From an uncultured Chloroflexia bacterium (GTDB taxonomy: Bacteria > Chloroflexota > Anaerolineae > JAAYZQ01): a stretch of 64,000 bases of DNA. The notes beneath the pieces were generated by a model. That model was not told the origin of the DNA, did not search any database, and saw nothing but the letters and a program-made list of their open reading frames with translations. Shown one piece after another: positions 1 through 8,604 of the stretch (the stretch's first letter is position 1; every line of letters starts with the position of its first letter). Location: positions 96,001-160,000 of the forward strand of contig CAVOXA010000005.1 in the NCBI GenBank assembly GCA_963700285.1. The letters are read 5' to 3'. The position numbers and the translations under genes are program-made.

Positions 1-359
1 GCGATGTAGAGCCCGATGTCGTAGCGCCCGCTGGACCGAGACTGCAGGGTAGCCGCAATCTTGACCTCGATCTGCTCACCTGGAGTACAAGCCTCCGGTC
101 CCTCTACCAGTTCGAGCAGCGTGAGTTCTACGTCCTCCGCCGTGCAGATGTTTGTCTGGTCAAAATCGGCTGCATCCCGGAGACAGGGTTGGCTTGCCGC
201 CTGGCCCAGGAGTTCGTCCAGCCACGAAATGCGCGCTGACTTGGCTTCAGCCTGGAGCTGATACACCACCAGGGCCAGGCCTGCGACGAGCAGAACCAAC
301 ACCAAAATCGTCAGAACCCACCGTGCCGCCATGGGCAATCTATTGAGAAGCTCAGCCAT
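1..359 (-). CDS. Secreted/membrane-anchored protein, N-terminal part (runs off the window)
   Basis: Manual translation from ATG at 359: MAELLNRLPMAARWVLTILVLVLLVAGLALVVYQLQ...CTAEDVEL...RYDIGLYI, open to the window edge; GGAGGG RBS; hydrophobic N-terminal segment. Absent from the ORF track because no stop falls in the window. Confidence 0.8.
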   Translation of the reverse strand, partial: MAELLNRLPMAARWVLTILVLVLLVAGLALVVYQLQAEAKSARISWLDELLGQAASQPCLRDAADFDQTNICTAEDVELTLLELVEGPEACTPGEQIEVKIAATLQSRSSGRYDIGLYI

Positions 360-387
360 TGGATCCCTCCTCTGTGTACTTTGGCGT

Positions 388-415
388 ATTATACACGATT
401 TCTGGCAATTGTCAA
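388..415 (-). promoter_or_regulatory. Sigma70-type promoter
   Basis: Minus strand reads TTGACA-16 nt-TATAAT upstream of the CDS starting at 359. Confidence 0.7.
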
Positions 416-492
416 CTAGAGCATCGAGTAAAAATCTAAAATAGCTTAAAATTTAACGAATCAAGCGGTTTGATCGGTTATATGCCTAGAAA

Positions 493-521
493 TTGACTTT
501 TTCGGGGTTCTTGGTTATAAT
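493..521 (+). promoter_or_regulatory. Sigma70-type promoter of sortase (probably leaderless)
   Basis: TTGACT(493-498)-17 nt-TATAAT(516-521); the ATG follows only 6 nt later. Confidence 0.75.
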
Positions 522-527
522 GCGCCC

Positions 528-1553
528 ATGGAACGAAAACCAAAGCTGGCCACTGAAGCTACATCGATCCTCTCTGCCTCGCAGCGGGCCATGGCCGTGT
601 GGCTGCTCAGCCGGTTGTCGCTGCTGCTGGTCATCGCGCTCGTTGCCCTTCCAGGGCTGTTCGCGCTGGACCTGATGGCCGGGCCACCGCGCCCGGAACA
701 GGCACGCTTGCCGGTCAGTTCCCAGGAGTCTTTCTCGCCTTCTAGGGAGAACCGGGGGACCGGAGTGCGCCTGGCCGGGGACCGCCGGTCCGGCGCCAGT
801 GCCACACCGACGGCTCTTCCAGACACGAGCACAGCTATCGGCCTGAATCGGTCGCGGGCCATTGTCTCTGCCACCAGGCCTCAGGCAATCGTGCTCAGCC
901 AGCCAGAGTCACAGCAGGTTCAGAGCACCGTCGCGCCGCCCGTTGCTGTGACGGTGTCAGTTTCCCCGCCCGCGACGGCAGCCTCGTCAGTGACGGCGGC
1001 TACTCTGGTGCGACCGGCTCTGATCCAAGCGACGATGGTTCCAACGCAAGCTAGCATCCTGGATCCGGGAACCTCGCCTGTACAAATCCGGATCCCGGCC
1101 ATCAAGGTAAAGCGCTCTATTATCGAGTTGCCCCAGATCCAGGACCCGAAAACTGGGTCGTGGACGCAAGATCTTGAGGTTCTCTTCCGCAAGGGCCGCA
1201 AGGATCTCGTTGGCCACTATGAACACTCTGCACAGCCAGGCCAAGCCGGGAATACGATCCTTGTTGGGCACAACTATGGGTACGGCACCAAAGGTGTCTT
1301 TCTCAAGCTTGGTCGCCTGCAGCAAGGACAGAAGATAGAGGTGGTCAATGCGGCGGGCCAGACCTTCACCTACCAGGTCACTCTGGTTGAAAAGGTTCCC
1401 TGGCGGAGCAAGGATGCGAACGAGCTGGTCCAGCACGCTAGACTCCTGGCGCTCTCGGGTGGCGAACGCCTGACGCTGGTGACCTGTGGTGGATCCAATA
1501 TCCAGCCTTTCCCCGCTCGCATCTATGTCGTCGCCGAGCCGGTTCGCGACTAG
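528..1553 (+). CDS. Sortase
   Basis: N-terminal TM, Ala/Thr/Pro linker, then IRIPAI...PGQAGNTILVGH (catalytic His), LTLVTC (catalytic Cys) and RIYVVA (Arg). Confidence 0.92.
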   Translation: MERKPKLATEATSILSASQRAMAVWLLSRLSLLLVIALVALPGLFALDLMAGPPRPEQARLPVSSQESFSPSRENRGTGVRLAGDRRSGASATPTALPDTSTAIGLNRSRAIVSATRPQAIVLSQPESQQVQSTVAPPVAVTVSVSPPATAASSVTAATLVRPALIQATMVPTQASILDPGTSPVQIRIPAIKVKRSIIELPQIQDPKTGSWTQDLEVLFRKGRKDLVGHYEHSAQPGQAGNTILVGHNYGYGTKGVFLKLGRLQQGQKIEVVNAAGQTFTYQVTLVEKVPWRSKDANELVQHARLLALSGGERLTLVTCGGSNIQPFPARIYVVAEPVRD

Positions 1554-1612
1554 GTCTGGAAAACATCGCACGAAAAGCTCCGAACGTTCGGCGTGACTAT
1601 GCCGCCCCCTAG

Positions 1613-1642
1613 TTGTCCGTTGGCCGCTTCCTATGCTATAAT
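1613..1642 (+). promoter_or_regulatory. Extended -10 promoter of tgt (probably leaderless)
   Basis: TGcTATAAT (TATAAT at 1637-1642) followed after 6 nt by an in-frame GTG at 1649. Confidence 0.6.
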
Positions 1643-1648
1643 GCGCCG

Positions 1649-2827
1649 GTGAATGACATGGCTATCAACTTTGCATTGCTGCATGCCGATGCCGACAGCC
1701 GCGCCCGTTTGGGGCGGATCGATACACCACACGGCTCTATAGCCACGCCGGCCTTTGCTCCTGTGGGTACCCAGGCGACGGTCAAGGCCCTCGATCCTCG
1801 GGACCTGCATGAGCTGGGTGCCGAACTGATCCTGGCCAATACCTATCACCTCTACTTGCGGCCGGGCGCGGAAGTAGTTGCCGAGCTGGGGGGCCTGCAC
1901 GGCTTTATGGGTTGGGACGGACCTATCCTGACCGATTCGGGCGGCTTCCAGGTCTTTAGCCTGGCCGGCCGGCGCCAGGTTAGTGACGAGGGCGTACTCT
2001 TTCGCTCTCACATCGATGGTTCGCAGCACCACTTTGGCCCTGAAATGGTGATCGGCGTCCAGGAGCAATTGGGAGCGGACATCATCATGTGCCTGGACGA
2101 GTGCGCCGAGCCGCATGACCACACCTACGCGGAGCAGGCGATGGCCCGCACCCATGCCTGGGCGGAACGCTGCCGCACCGCCCAGACCCGGTCTGATCAG
2201 GCGCTCTTTGGCATCGTCCAGGGTGGGGTCTTTGCTGATCTCCGGGTCCGGAGCGCCGAGTACCTGGTCGACCTCGACTTCCCAGGTTATGCCATTGGGG
2301 GACTGAGTGTGGGCGAGAGCAAGGCGCTGATGTACGAAATGCTTGACATAACGGTGCCTGTGCTCCCCGCGGATAGGCCCAGGTACCTGATGGGCGTCGG
2401 TGCGCCGGAGGATCTACTGCAGGGTGTGGCCCGGGGGGTTGATCTCTTTGATTGCGTACTGCCCACCCGCCTTGCCCGCAACGCGTCGCTTTTCACCCGG
2501 CAGGGACGGCTTAACATGCGCAATGCTGCCTGGGCGCGGGAGCCGGCGGTTGTCGAGGAGGGTTGTGCCTGTTACACCTGCCGCCACTTCTCGCGCGCCT
2601 ACCTGCGCCACCTGTTCAAAGCGGGCGAGCTGCTGGCCTACCGATTGGCCACCATCCACAATGTCCATTTCCTGTTGAAACTCATGTGCGACATCCGGCA
2701 GGCCATCGCGGCTGGGACCTTTACCGCTTTCAGGCAGGAATTTCTGGCTGACTATCCCATCGTTCCCGACAAAGTCCGAGCCCAGAATCGAGCAAAGCGC
2801 AAAACACGGGGAGGACAGAACAGATAG
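1649..2827 (+). CDS. tgt: tRNA-guanine transglycosylase
   Basis: ANTYHL, TDSGGFQVFSL, FGIVQGG, YLMGVG, FDCVLPTR and the CxCxxC...H zinc site. Start is GTG 1649 or ATG 1658. Confidence 0.97.
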   Translation: MNDMAINFALLHADADSRARLGRIDTPHGSIATPAFAPVGTQATVKALDPRDLHELGAELILANTYHLYLRPGAEVVAELGGLHGFMGWDGPILTDSGGFQVFSLAGRRQVSDEGVLFRSHIDGSQHHFGPEMVIGVQEQLGADIIMCLDECAEPHDHTYAEQAMARTHAWAERCRTAQTRSDQALFGIVQGGVFADLRVRSAEYLVDLDFPGYAIGGLSVGESKALMYEMLDITVPVLPADRPRYLMGVGAPEDLLQGVARGVDLFDCVLPTRLARNASLFTRQGRLNMRNAAWAREPAVVEEGCACYTCRHFSRAYLRHLFKAGELLAYRLATIHNVHFLLKLMCDIRQAIAAGTFTAFRQEFLADYPIVPDKVRAQNRAKRKTRGGQNR

Positions 2828-2917
2828 GGAAGTATGGCAGGGGGTGTTTCCTGGACCCTGCTTCTTTGGTAATACGCGATACGCATTACAGGTCACAGAT
2901 CAACCTACTGAGGGCTC

Positions 2918-3727
2918 ATGGATCTAGTTCAAGCAATCATACTCGGCATTATCCAGGGTGCAACCGAGTTCATACCTGTGTCCAGCTCGGGCCATCTGGT
3001 CCTGGTACCCTGGCTGTTGGGCTGGGAGCCTCCTGGCCTGGTCTTTGACACGGTGGTCCATTGGGGCACGCTGGTGGCCGTGCTGGCCTATTTCTGGCGA
3101 GATTGGTGGAATTTGATCACGGCCTGGCTGAGCGGGCTGTTTCGCTGGGACTGGCGCGATCCCAATGCCAGGTTGATGTGGCTGATCCTGGTGGGCAGCA
3201 TCCCGGCCGTGGTCATTGGATTCCTGCTGGAGGACTTTTTTGAGTCATTGTTTGGCCAGCCTGTTTGGGTCAGCGTTTTTATGCTGGTGACAGCCGGCTT
3301 GCTGGCCTCTGCCGAGTGGCTGGGCAAAAAAACGCGGGACCTGGATAGTCTGCGCTGGTCCGACGCGCTGATCGTTGGCTTGGGGCAAGCAGCGGCCATT
3401 GCGCCGGGCATCTCTCGTTCCGGGGCGACGATTTCGGTGGGACTTTATCGGGGCGTGAAGCGGGCAGCGGCCGCTCGCTTTAGCTTTCTCCTGGGAACCC
3501 CCATCATTCTTGGAGCAGGTTTCCTCAAGATCACCGATCTCTTTTCTGTTCCAAACGCAATGGCCCAGGTGCCGAGCCTGGTGGCAGGCTTTCTGACTGC
3601 GGCCGTCGTCGGCTACTTGTGTATTTGGTTCCTGCTGCGCTATCTGCAGCGGGGCAAGCTGTACCCTTTTGCAATCTACTGCTTCTTGATAGGGATCGCG
3701 TGTCTCGTCGTGGCTTGGCTGGATTAG
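2918..3727 (+). CDS. uppP: Undecaprenyl-diphosphate phosphatase (BacA/UppP)
   Basis: GIIQGATEFIPVSSSGHL and PGISRSG motifs; multi-pass membrane protein. Confidence 0.96.
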   Translation: MDLVQAIILGIIQGATEFIPVSSSGHLVLVPWLLGWEPPGLVFDTVVHWGTLVAVLAYFWRDWWNLITAWLSGLFRWDWRDPNARLMWLILVGSIPAVVIGFLLEDFFESLFGQPVWVSVFMLVTAGLLASAEWLGKKTRDLDSLRWSDALIVGLGQAAAIAPGISRSGATISVGLYRGVKRAAAARFSFLLGTPIILGAGFLKITDLFSVPNAMAQVPSLVAGFLTAAVVGYLCIWFLLRYLQRGKLYPFAIYCFLIGIACLVVAWLD

Positions 3728-3771
3728 TTCCATCGCCAACCTTCCTGCGGCGGGCCGAGAAAGGGAGGTTG

Positions 3772-4638
3772 ATGGTTGGAGTACCGACGCGCCCCCCGTG
3801 GGCTGCCCTGGCTCTCATCCTTGTGATGCTGGCCGGGTGTGGCGAGCCGCTGTCGACGCCTGAACCGGTCTATTTGCGGGCGGCGGGTTCCATGCCGATG
3901 GGCCCCCTCGTTGAGGAACTGGTCGCGGGCTTTCGAGAACAGACCCCGTCGGTCAGCATCGAGATCTCTGGCCTGGAACCCTACGGAGGTTTGGGAACCA
4001 GGTATGGTCTGGATGCACTACGCAATGGGGAAGTCGACCTGGCCCTGGCCTCGTGGTTGCCCCGAGACCCATCCCTGTCTGGCCCTTTGGGTCCGCCGCT
4101 CGATCCGGATTGGCATGCCACGGCCATCGCCCGTGACGGGATCGCCATCATCGTCCATCCAGCCAATCCCCTTCAAGGCCTAGGTCTATTGCAGTTGCGC
4201 GATCTATTTAGCGGGCGCAATGACGAATGGCGCGCACTGGGCGGCGTGGCGGCTCAGGGCCAGGTTCTTCCGGTGAGCCGCGAAGCTGGTTCCGGTACCC
4301 GTGCCGCGTTTGAGACACTGGTGATGGAGCATCTTTCGGTGACGCCAGGGGCGCTGATTGCCCCTTCCGGCGAGGCGGTGGTTGGCCATGTGGCCGAGAA
4401 CCCGCAGGCCATCGGCTACGTGTCCACGAGTGAGGTGGGGCCCGGTGTCAAAGTGCTCCAGGTCGAAGGCGAACTACCCACACCCAAAGCTGTGGAGCTG
4501 GGCATTTATGCGCTTACCCGCGAGTTGTGGCTGGTCACGCCTACTCAACCCTCAGGACTGCTGCAGGATTTCGTGGAATTTGCCCTGAGTCCCGCCGGCC
4601 AACAAATTGTCGAAGGGCGCGGTGGGCGCATCCACTAG
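3772..4638 (+). CDS. PstS-like phosphate-binding lipoprotein
   Basis: Lipobox LAGC; IARDGIAIIVHPANP, SREAGSGTR and AIGY motifs; GGGAGG RBS before 3769/3772. No pstCAB nearby. Confidence 0.8.
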   Translation: MVGVPTRPPWAALALILVMLAGCGEPLSTPEPVYLRAAGSMPMGPLVEELVAGFREQTPSVSIEISGLEPYGGLGTRYGLDALRNGEVDLALASWLPRDPSLSGPLGPPLDPDWHATAIARDGIAIIVHPANPLQGLGLLQLRDLFSGRNDEWRALGGVAAQGQVLPVSREAGSGTRAAFETLVMEHLSVTPGALIAPSGEAVVGHVAENPQAIGYVSTSEVGPGVKVLQVEGELPTPKAVELGIYALTRELWLVTPTQPSGLLQDFVEFALSPAGQQIVEGRGGRIH

Positions 4639-4678
4639 AACGCCAGTGCCGGTCGATGTGCTTCCAGACCGGCCCTGC

Positions 4679-5980
4679 TCAGCCCAGCGAGTACTCCATG
4701 GCGTGGTCCATGTCCGCGACCTCCCGCCTAAAGGCGAGGACGTTGATGTGCAGGAGCAGACCGGTAACCAGCAGCAGCCCGATGGCTTCGATGCCAAAGA
4801 TGAGGGCATAGGCCACGTGGGTTGCTCCGCCGATGCCGACGACCAGGTCATGGATGCTTCCACTGAGCACCGAGGAACCAAACTTGGCCAGTGCCTGGGC
4901 CAGTGTCCAGGCCCCCACAAAAAGGCCTGCCTGGCCATTGATCGTTAGATCCATCATCAGCGAGACACCGCCGACTGTAAAGGCGCCGGTGCCCAGCCCC
5001 ATGAGAAGGATCGCGGGCGCGACCGGCCCAGGATTGCGGTCCAGGGCGATCAGGGCCAGCATCGCAAAAGCCGCCACGCCGATGAGGTTGCCAGCGGCCG
5101 CCGTCCGCTTCTTTCCGATGCGCGGTATCACGATTGCGCCCCCAATCAGCAGTCCGGCGATGACACCCACCATGTTGTAGGCGTTGAACATGGTCGTCTC
5201 GCGGACGCTTAGGTGGAGGACCTCGCCGCCAAAGGGCTCCAGAATTACGTCCTGCATAAAGTGAAAAAAGAGGCCAAGTAAGAGAAAGAGGAAGAACAGC
5301 CGTGTTTGCCGGCTGTGGCTGAGGATCCGAAGGGATACGCGCAAGGAGGATGTGCTGGCGGAGTGAGGGCTGGCTCGCCGCCGTTCCGTGCGCCACAGGG
5401 CCACCAAGGTGAAGACCACAACCAGCGCCCCGGCCAGGGCAAAGAGGCTCACCAGGCGGCCAAATGAGAAGGGTTGCAGATAGGCCGCGCCGCCCAGTGC
5501 TCCGAGAAGAATGCCCACCATCATTACTGTCCAGATGATGCTGACAACGCGGCCCCTCTCTGCTTCTCCGGTACGATCGGTAACCAGGGCCAAATAGGTC
5601 GTGGCGCCGATGCTCACTCCCAGTCCCTCGACAAAGAAGAAGGCAAAGCCAAAACCCAGGCGGATGGGAGATGGATCCTGGGCAACAAAGGCAGCGACAA
5701 AAGGAGCGGTTACCACCGTCAGGACGGCCACGGCTGTCCCTGCCAGGATGTAAGGCAGCCGATGATAGCCCTTGTACGGATGGGTGTCAGAGTAGTGACC
5801 GATGGGGATGGAAACCAGGGCGGCCAGATAATGGGCGCCGCCCAAGGTGAGCCCAACAAGCGCCAAGTCCAGTCCCATCTCTACGCGGAGGATGCGGTTG
5901 AGGGTACCCAGCATCAGAACGGATACCGCTCCCAGCCAGAATTGGTACAGTGACAGACGCAGGGTTTGAGCGAGCTTCAT
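4679..5980 (-). CDS. BCD-family (PucC/LhaA-like) MFS transporter
   Basis: RLSLYQ..LG...VLMLGTLNRI..VE, G..SD, QDVILEPFGG and AGLFVGAWTLAQA, typical of the PucC family; about 12 TMs. Confidence 0.85.
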   Translation of the reverse strand: MKLAQTLRLSLYQFWLGAVSVLMLGTLNRILRVEMGLDLALVGLTLGGAHYLAALVSIPIGHYSDTHPYKGYHRLPYILAGTAVAVLTVVTAPFVAAFVAQDPSPIRLGFGFAFFFVEGLGVSIGATTYLALVTDRTGEAERGRVVSIIWTVMMVGILLGALGGAAYLQPFSFGRLVSLFALAGALVVVFTLVALWRTERRRASPHSASTSSLRVSLRILSHSRQTRLFFLFLLLGLFFHFMQDVILEPFGGEVLHLSVRETTMFNAYNMVGVIAGLLIGGAIVIPRIGKKRTAAAGNLIGVAAFAMLALIALDRNPGPVAPAILLMGLGTGAFTVGGVSLMMDLTINGQAGLFVGAWTLAQALAKFGSSVLSGSIHDLVVGIGGATHVAYALIFGIEAIGLLLVTGLLLHINVLAFRREVADMDHAMEYSLG

Positions 5981-6405
5981 GTCAGCGTGGGATCCGCTCT
6001 CCCAGCAGGGTTGGCCAGGTCATCAAAGGTCGTACAGTTCAGCAGGTTGATCAGTTCTCCCTGGGCCCTGGCCCAGATATCGTGTACCGGGCAGTGACCG
6101 TTCTGAGGACAGGCATCGGGCTCGATAAGGCAGCGGTTCAACCGGACCGGGCCCTCCAGTGCTTCAATGACCTGCAGGAGGTTGATATCTGCTGCTGGCC
6201 GGGCCAGCATCACACCCCCGCCCGCACCCCGGTAGGTCGTCACCAGTCCTGCCAGGGACAACTGCGAGACGATCTTGGCCAGGAATGGGCTGGGGATGTT
6301 CTGGCGTTCGGCTATCTCTTGCGTCGAGGTTCGCTCACACTCGGTTTGCGTGGCCAAATCAAGGATGACTCTCACGCCATAGTCTGTTCGCCTGCTAATC
6401 TCCAT
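5977..6405 (-). CDS. Rrf2-family transcriptional regulator with Fe-S ligands
   Basis: DYGVR...IAERQNIP..FL.KI..L...GLV...RG..GG; C-x6-C-x5-C-x2-H; 4-bp overlap with the MFS gene. Confidence 0.93.
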   Translation of the reverse strand: MEISRRTDYGVRVILDLATQTECERTSTQEIAERQNIPSPFLAKIVSQLSLAGLVTTYRGAGGGVMLARPAADINLLQVIEALEGPVRLNRCLIEPDACPQNGHCPVHDIWARAQGELINLLNCTTFDDLANPAGRADPTLT

Positions 6406-6472
6406 TGATTGTGCATCCTTTCATGTGGCTTGTTGGCCGGCCGAATTGGACAGGTTTGGCCCAATTAAGGCA

Positions 6473-6501
6473 ATTATATCTATTCGCTTGGTTTTTGTCA
6501 A
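6473..6501 (-). promoter_or_regulatory. Consensus sigma70 promoter of the Rrf2-MFS operon
   Basis: Minus strand TTGACA-17 nt-TATAAT. Confidence 0.8.
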
Positions 6502-6651
6502 ACCCATTGTTTGCAAGTATAATGCCCCGGGTTGAGTTTGGGAGCTAGGCAGGGGCAAAGGACATGCTGGTTGGCGGGTTCGGCGGACTGCTTGCTGACC
6601 TCGGGGCAAACCTCTGATCCTCTAGTTTCCCGGATGGGAGGCAGCGTGAGC

Positions 6652-7056
6652 ATGGAAGCTCGGGTAACTTGGGTTGAGGAAAAGCGATTTGTCGGCCAGG
6701 GCGCCTCTGGTCACGGCATTGTGGTGGATGCCAGCGCTGAGAAGTTGGGGTCTTCACCGATGGAACTGGTGCTCATTGGCACGGCTGGTTGCACCGCCTA
6801 CGACGTGTTGTCGATCCTGCAGAAAAAGCGCCAGCAGGTGACCGGCCTGGAGGTACGAGCCCGGGGCCAGCGGGCAGAGTCTCCACCTAGGGTCTATACG
6901 GAGATTGATCTCGAATATGTGGTTCGCGGGCGGGGGGTAAAGCCCAGTGATGTGGAGCACGCCATCCGCCTTTCCAAGGAAAAGTATTGCTCGGCTTCCA
7001 TCATGCTGGGCAAAACGGCACAGATCCGCACGACCTTCCGCATTGAAGAGGATTGA
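6652..7056 (+). CDS. OsmC-family protein (YhfA-like)
   Basis: SPMELVLIGTAGCTAYDV and LSKEKYCSAS two-Cys motifs. Confidence 0.9.
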   Translation: MEARVTWVEEKRFVGQGASGHGIVVDASAEKLGSSPMELVLIGTAGCTAYDVLSILQKKRQQVTGLEVRARGQRAESPPRVYTEIDLEYVVRGRGVKPSDVEHAIRLSKEKYCSASIMLGKTAQIRTTFRIEED

Positions 7057-7081
7057 GTTCGACACCAAGAGCAGCGATCTG

Positions 7082-7891
7082 GTGGATGTACTATCGCCAG
7101 AGCGAATCCGGGCTGGCCTTACCACAACCGTGGTCGGCCGGCAGTTGGTCTATCTGCCTGAAACCGGTTCGACCAACGATGAAGCGCGGCATCTGGCTCA
7201 ATCGGGCGCTGCCGATGGTTCGCTGGTCATTGCTGACTACCAGACGGCTGGCAGGGGCCGGCTCCAGCGTAGCTGGGTCGCACCGCCTGGGAGCAGCTTG
7301 CTCATGTCACTGCTCTTGCGCCCACAACTACCACCTTTCCAAGCCCAGCGACTGACCATGATCTGTGGATTGGCCGTCTGTGATGCTGTCGAAGCGCAGA
7401 CTGGCCTACAGATGGCCCTGAAGTGGCCGAATGATCTTGTGGTTGGCGGCGCCAAGGCAGGCGGTATACTCACCGAAATCGAGGTCATGGGCCAGCAGCT
7501 CGCATATGGGATCGTAGGCATCGGTCTCAATGTCGATTTGGATCCCTCTCAGCTTCCCAATGATCTGCTGGCAAGAGCCACGAGTCTTTCTAACGAGATC
7601 GGACGGTCCGTGCCTCGCCTGCCGTTGCTCTGGGCCTTTTTGCAGGCCCTTGAGGGCCGCTATTTCGCACTGAAAGCAGGCCATTCTCCCCATGTTGAAT
7701 GGTCTGAGAAGCTGTCTACCCTGGGCCAGCATGTCACCGTTTCTGGAGGTAGCGAGGTTCTGGAGGGCGTGGCCGAAGGTGTGGATAGCAATGGCGCCCT
7801 GTTGGTCCGCTTGGGTAGTGGCCGCCTGGAGACGGTCCTGGCGGGCGATGTCACGCTGCGATTTGGCCAAACGGGGCCGGATCTGCTATAA
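7082..7891 (+). CDS. birA: Biotin-protein ligase without N-terminal HTH
   Basis: STND, QTAGRGRLQRSW, KWPND, KAGGIL and GIGLN; start uncertain. Confidence 0.93.
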   Translation: MDVLSPERIRAGLTTTVVGRQLVYLPETGSTNDEARHLAQSGAADGSLVIADYQTAGRGRLQRSWVAPPGSSLLMSLLLRPQLPPFQAQRLTMICGLAVCDAVEAQTGLQMALKWPNDLVVGGAKAGGILTEIEVMGQQLAYGIVGIGLNVDLDPSQLPNDLLARATSLSNEIGRSVPRLPLLWAFLQALEGRYFALKAGHSPHVEWSEKLSTLGQHVTVSGGSEVLEGVAEGVDSNGALLVRLGSGRLETVLAGDVTLRFGQTGPDLL

Positions 7892-7954
7892 TACGCGCCG
7901 CTGCCCGGAGAAACTCGAGGATCTATGGGATCAGCCGAGATTCGGAAAGGAACC

Positions 7955-8587
7955 ATGAAACCACCGACAAAGAGCTTGGCAATCGTGGGCTTTTTGCAGC
8001 GAGAGGTTAACGCAGCACTGCGGCTGAGCCCTTGGGTACTGGCCACACTCCTCTTGGCTGCTCTGTTGTGGCATCCAGAATTGGCTGCCACAGGTGGGCT
8101 ATTCCAGTCGCCGCAGGATACGCCAACACCTACACCGATACCGGCGCCAACACTGGCTCCAACTGCGACCACAGAAATCTTCCCGTCGGCCACGGCAGAA
8201 GCGCCAGTGCCTGCCGCCACCGAGACGGCTGAGGCGCCGCCAGCGCCACCCACCGAGACGCCAGTCCTGGCCGTCACGGCGACCCTGGTACCGACCAACT
8301 CCCCGACACCCACCGCCGTTCCCACGGAAACGCCTGTGATTCCGACGGCGACGCTGGCTCCGGTGCTAGCAACCAGTACACCTATTTCGCTCGAGCAGGA
8401 TGGCACGGAGCGGTATCCTGAAGAGGATTCGAACCTCCTATTCAACTGGACGATGCTTTTTGATTCCGTGGCACTGGGCCTGTCCTACGTCTGGCTATGC
8501 TGTGGGGTGCTGGTGCTTGTGGGTGTTCCCATATTCTTTGTCGCCCTGTGGGTTGCAGGCAGACGCCGCCAGCAGGGGGAAGAATAG
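7955..8587 (+). CDS. Pro/Thr-rich membrane-anchored protein
   Basis: N-terminal hydrophobic segment, long PT-rich low-complexity region, C-terminal TM and basic tail. Confidence 0.75.
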   Translation: MKPPTKSLAIVGFLQREVNAALRLSPWVLATLLLAALLWHPELAATGGLFQSPQDTPTPTPIPAPTLAPTATTEIFPSATAEAPVPAATETAEAPPAPPTETPVLAVTATLVPTNSPTPTAVPTETPVIPTATLAPVLATSTPISLEQDGTERYPEEDSNLLFNWTMLFDSVALGLSYVWLCCGVLVLVGVPIFFVALWVAGRRRQQGEE

Positions 8588-8604
8588 ACCTCAGTGGTGA
8601 AGCG

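Noticed and set aside
1581-1590. CGAACGTTCG palindrome as a LexA box
   Set aside because: It lacks the 4-bp spacer between GAAC and GTTC.
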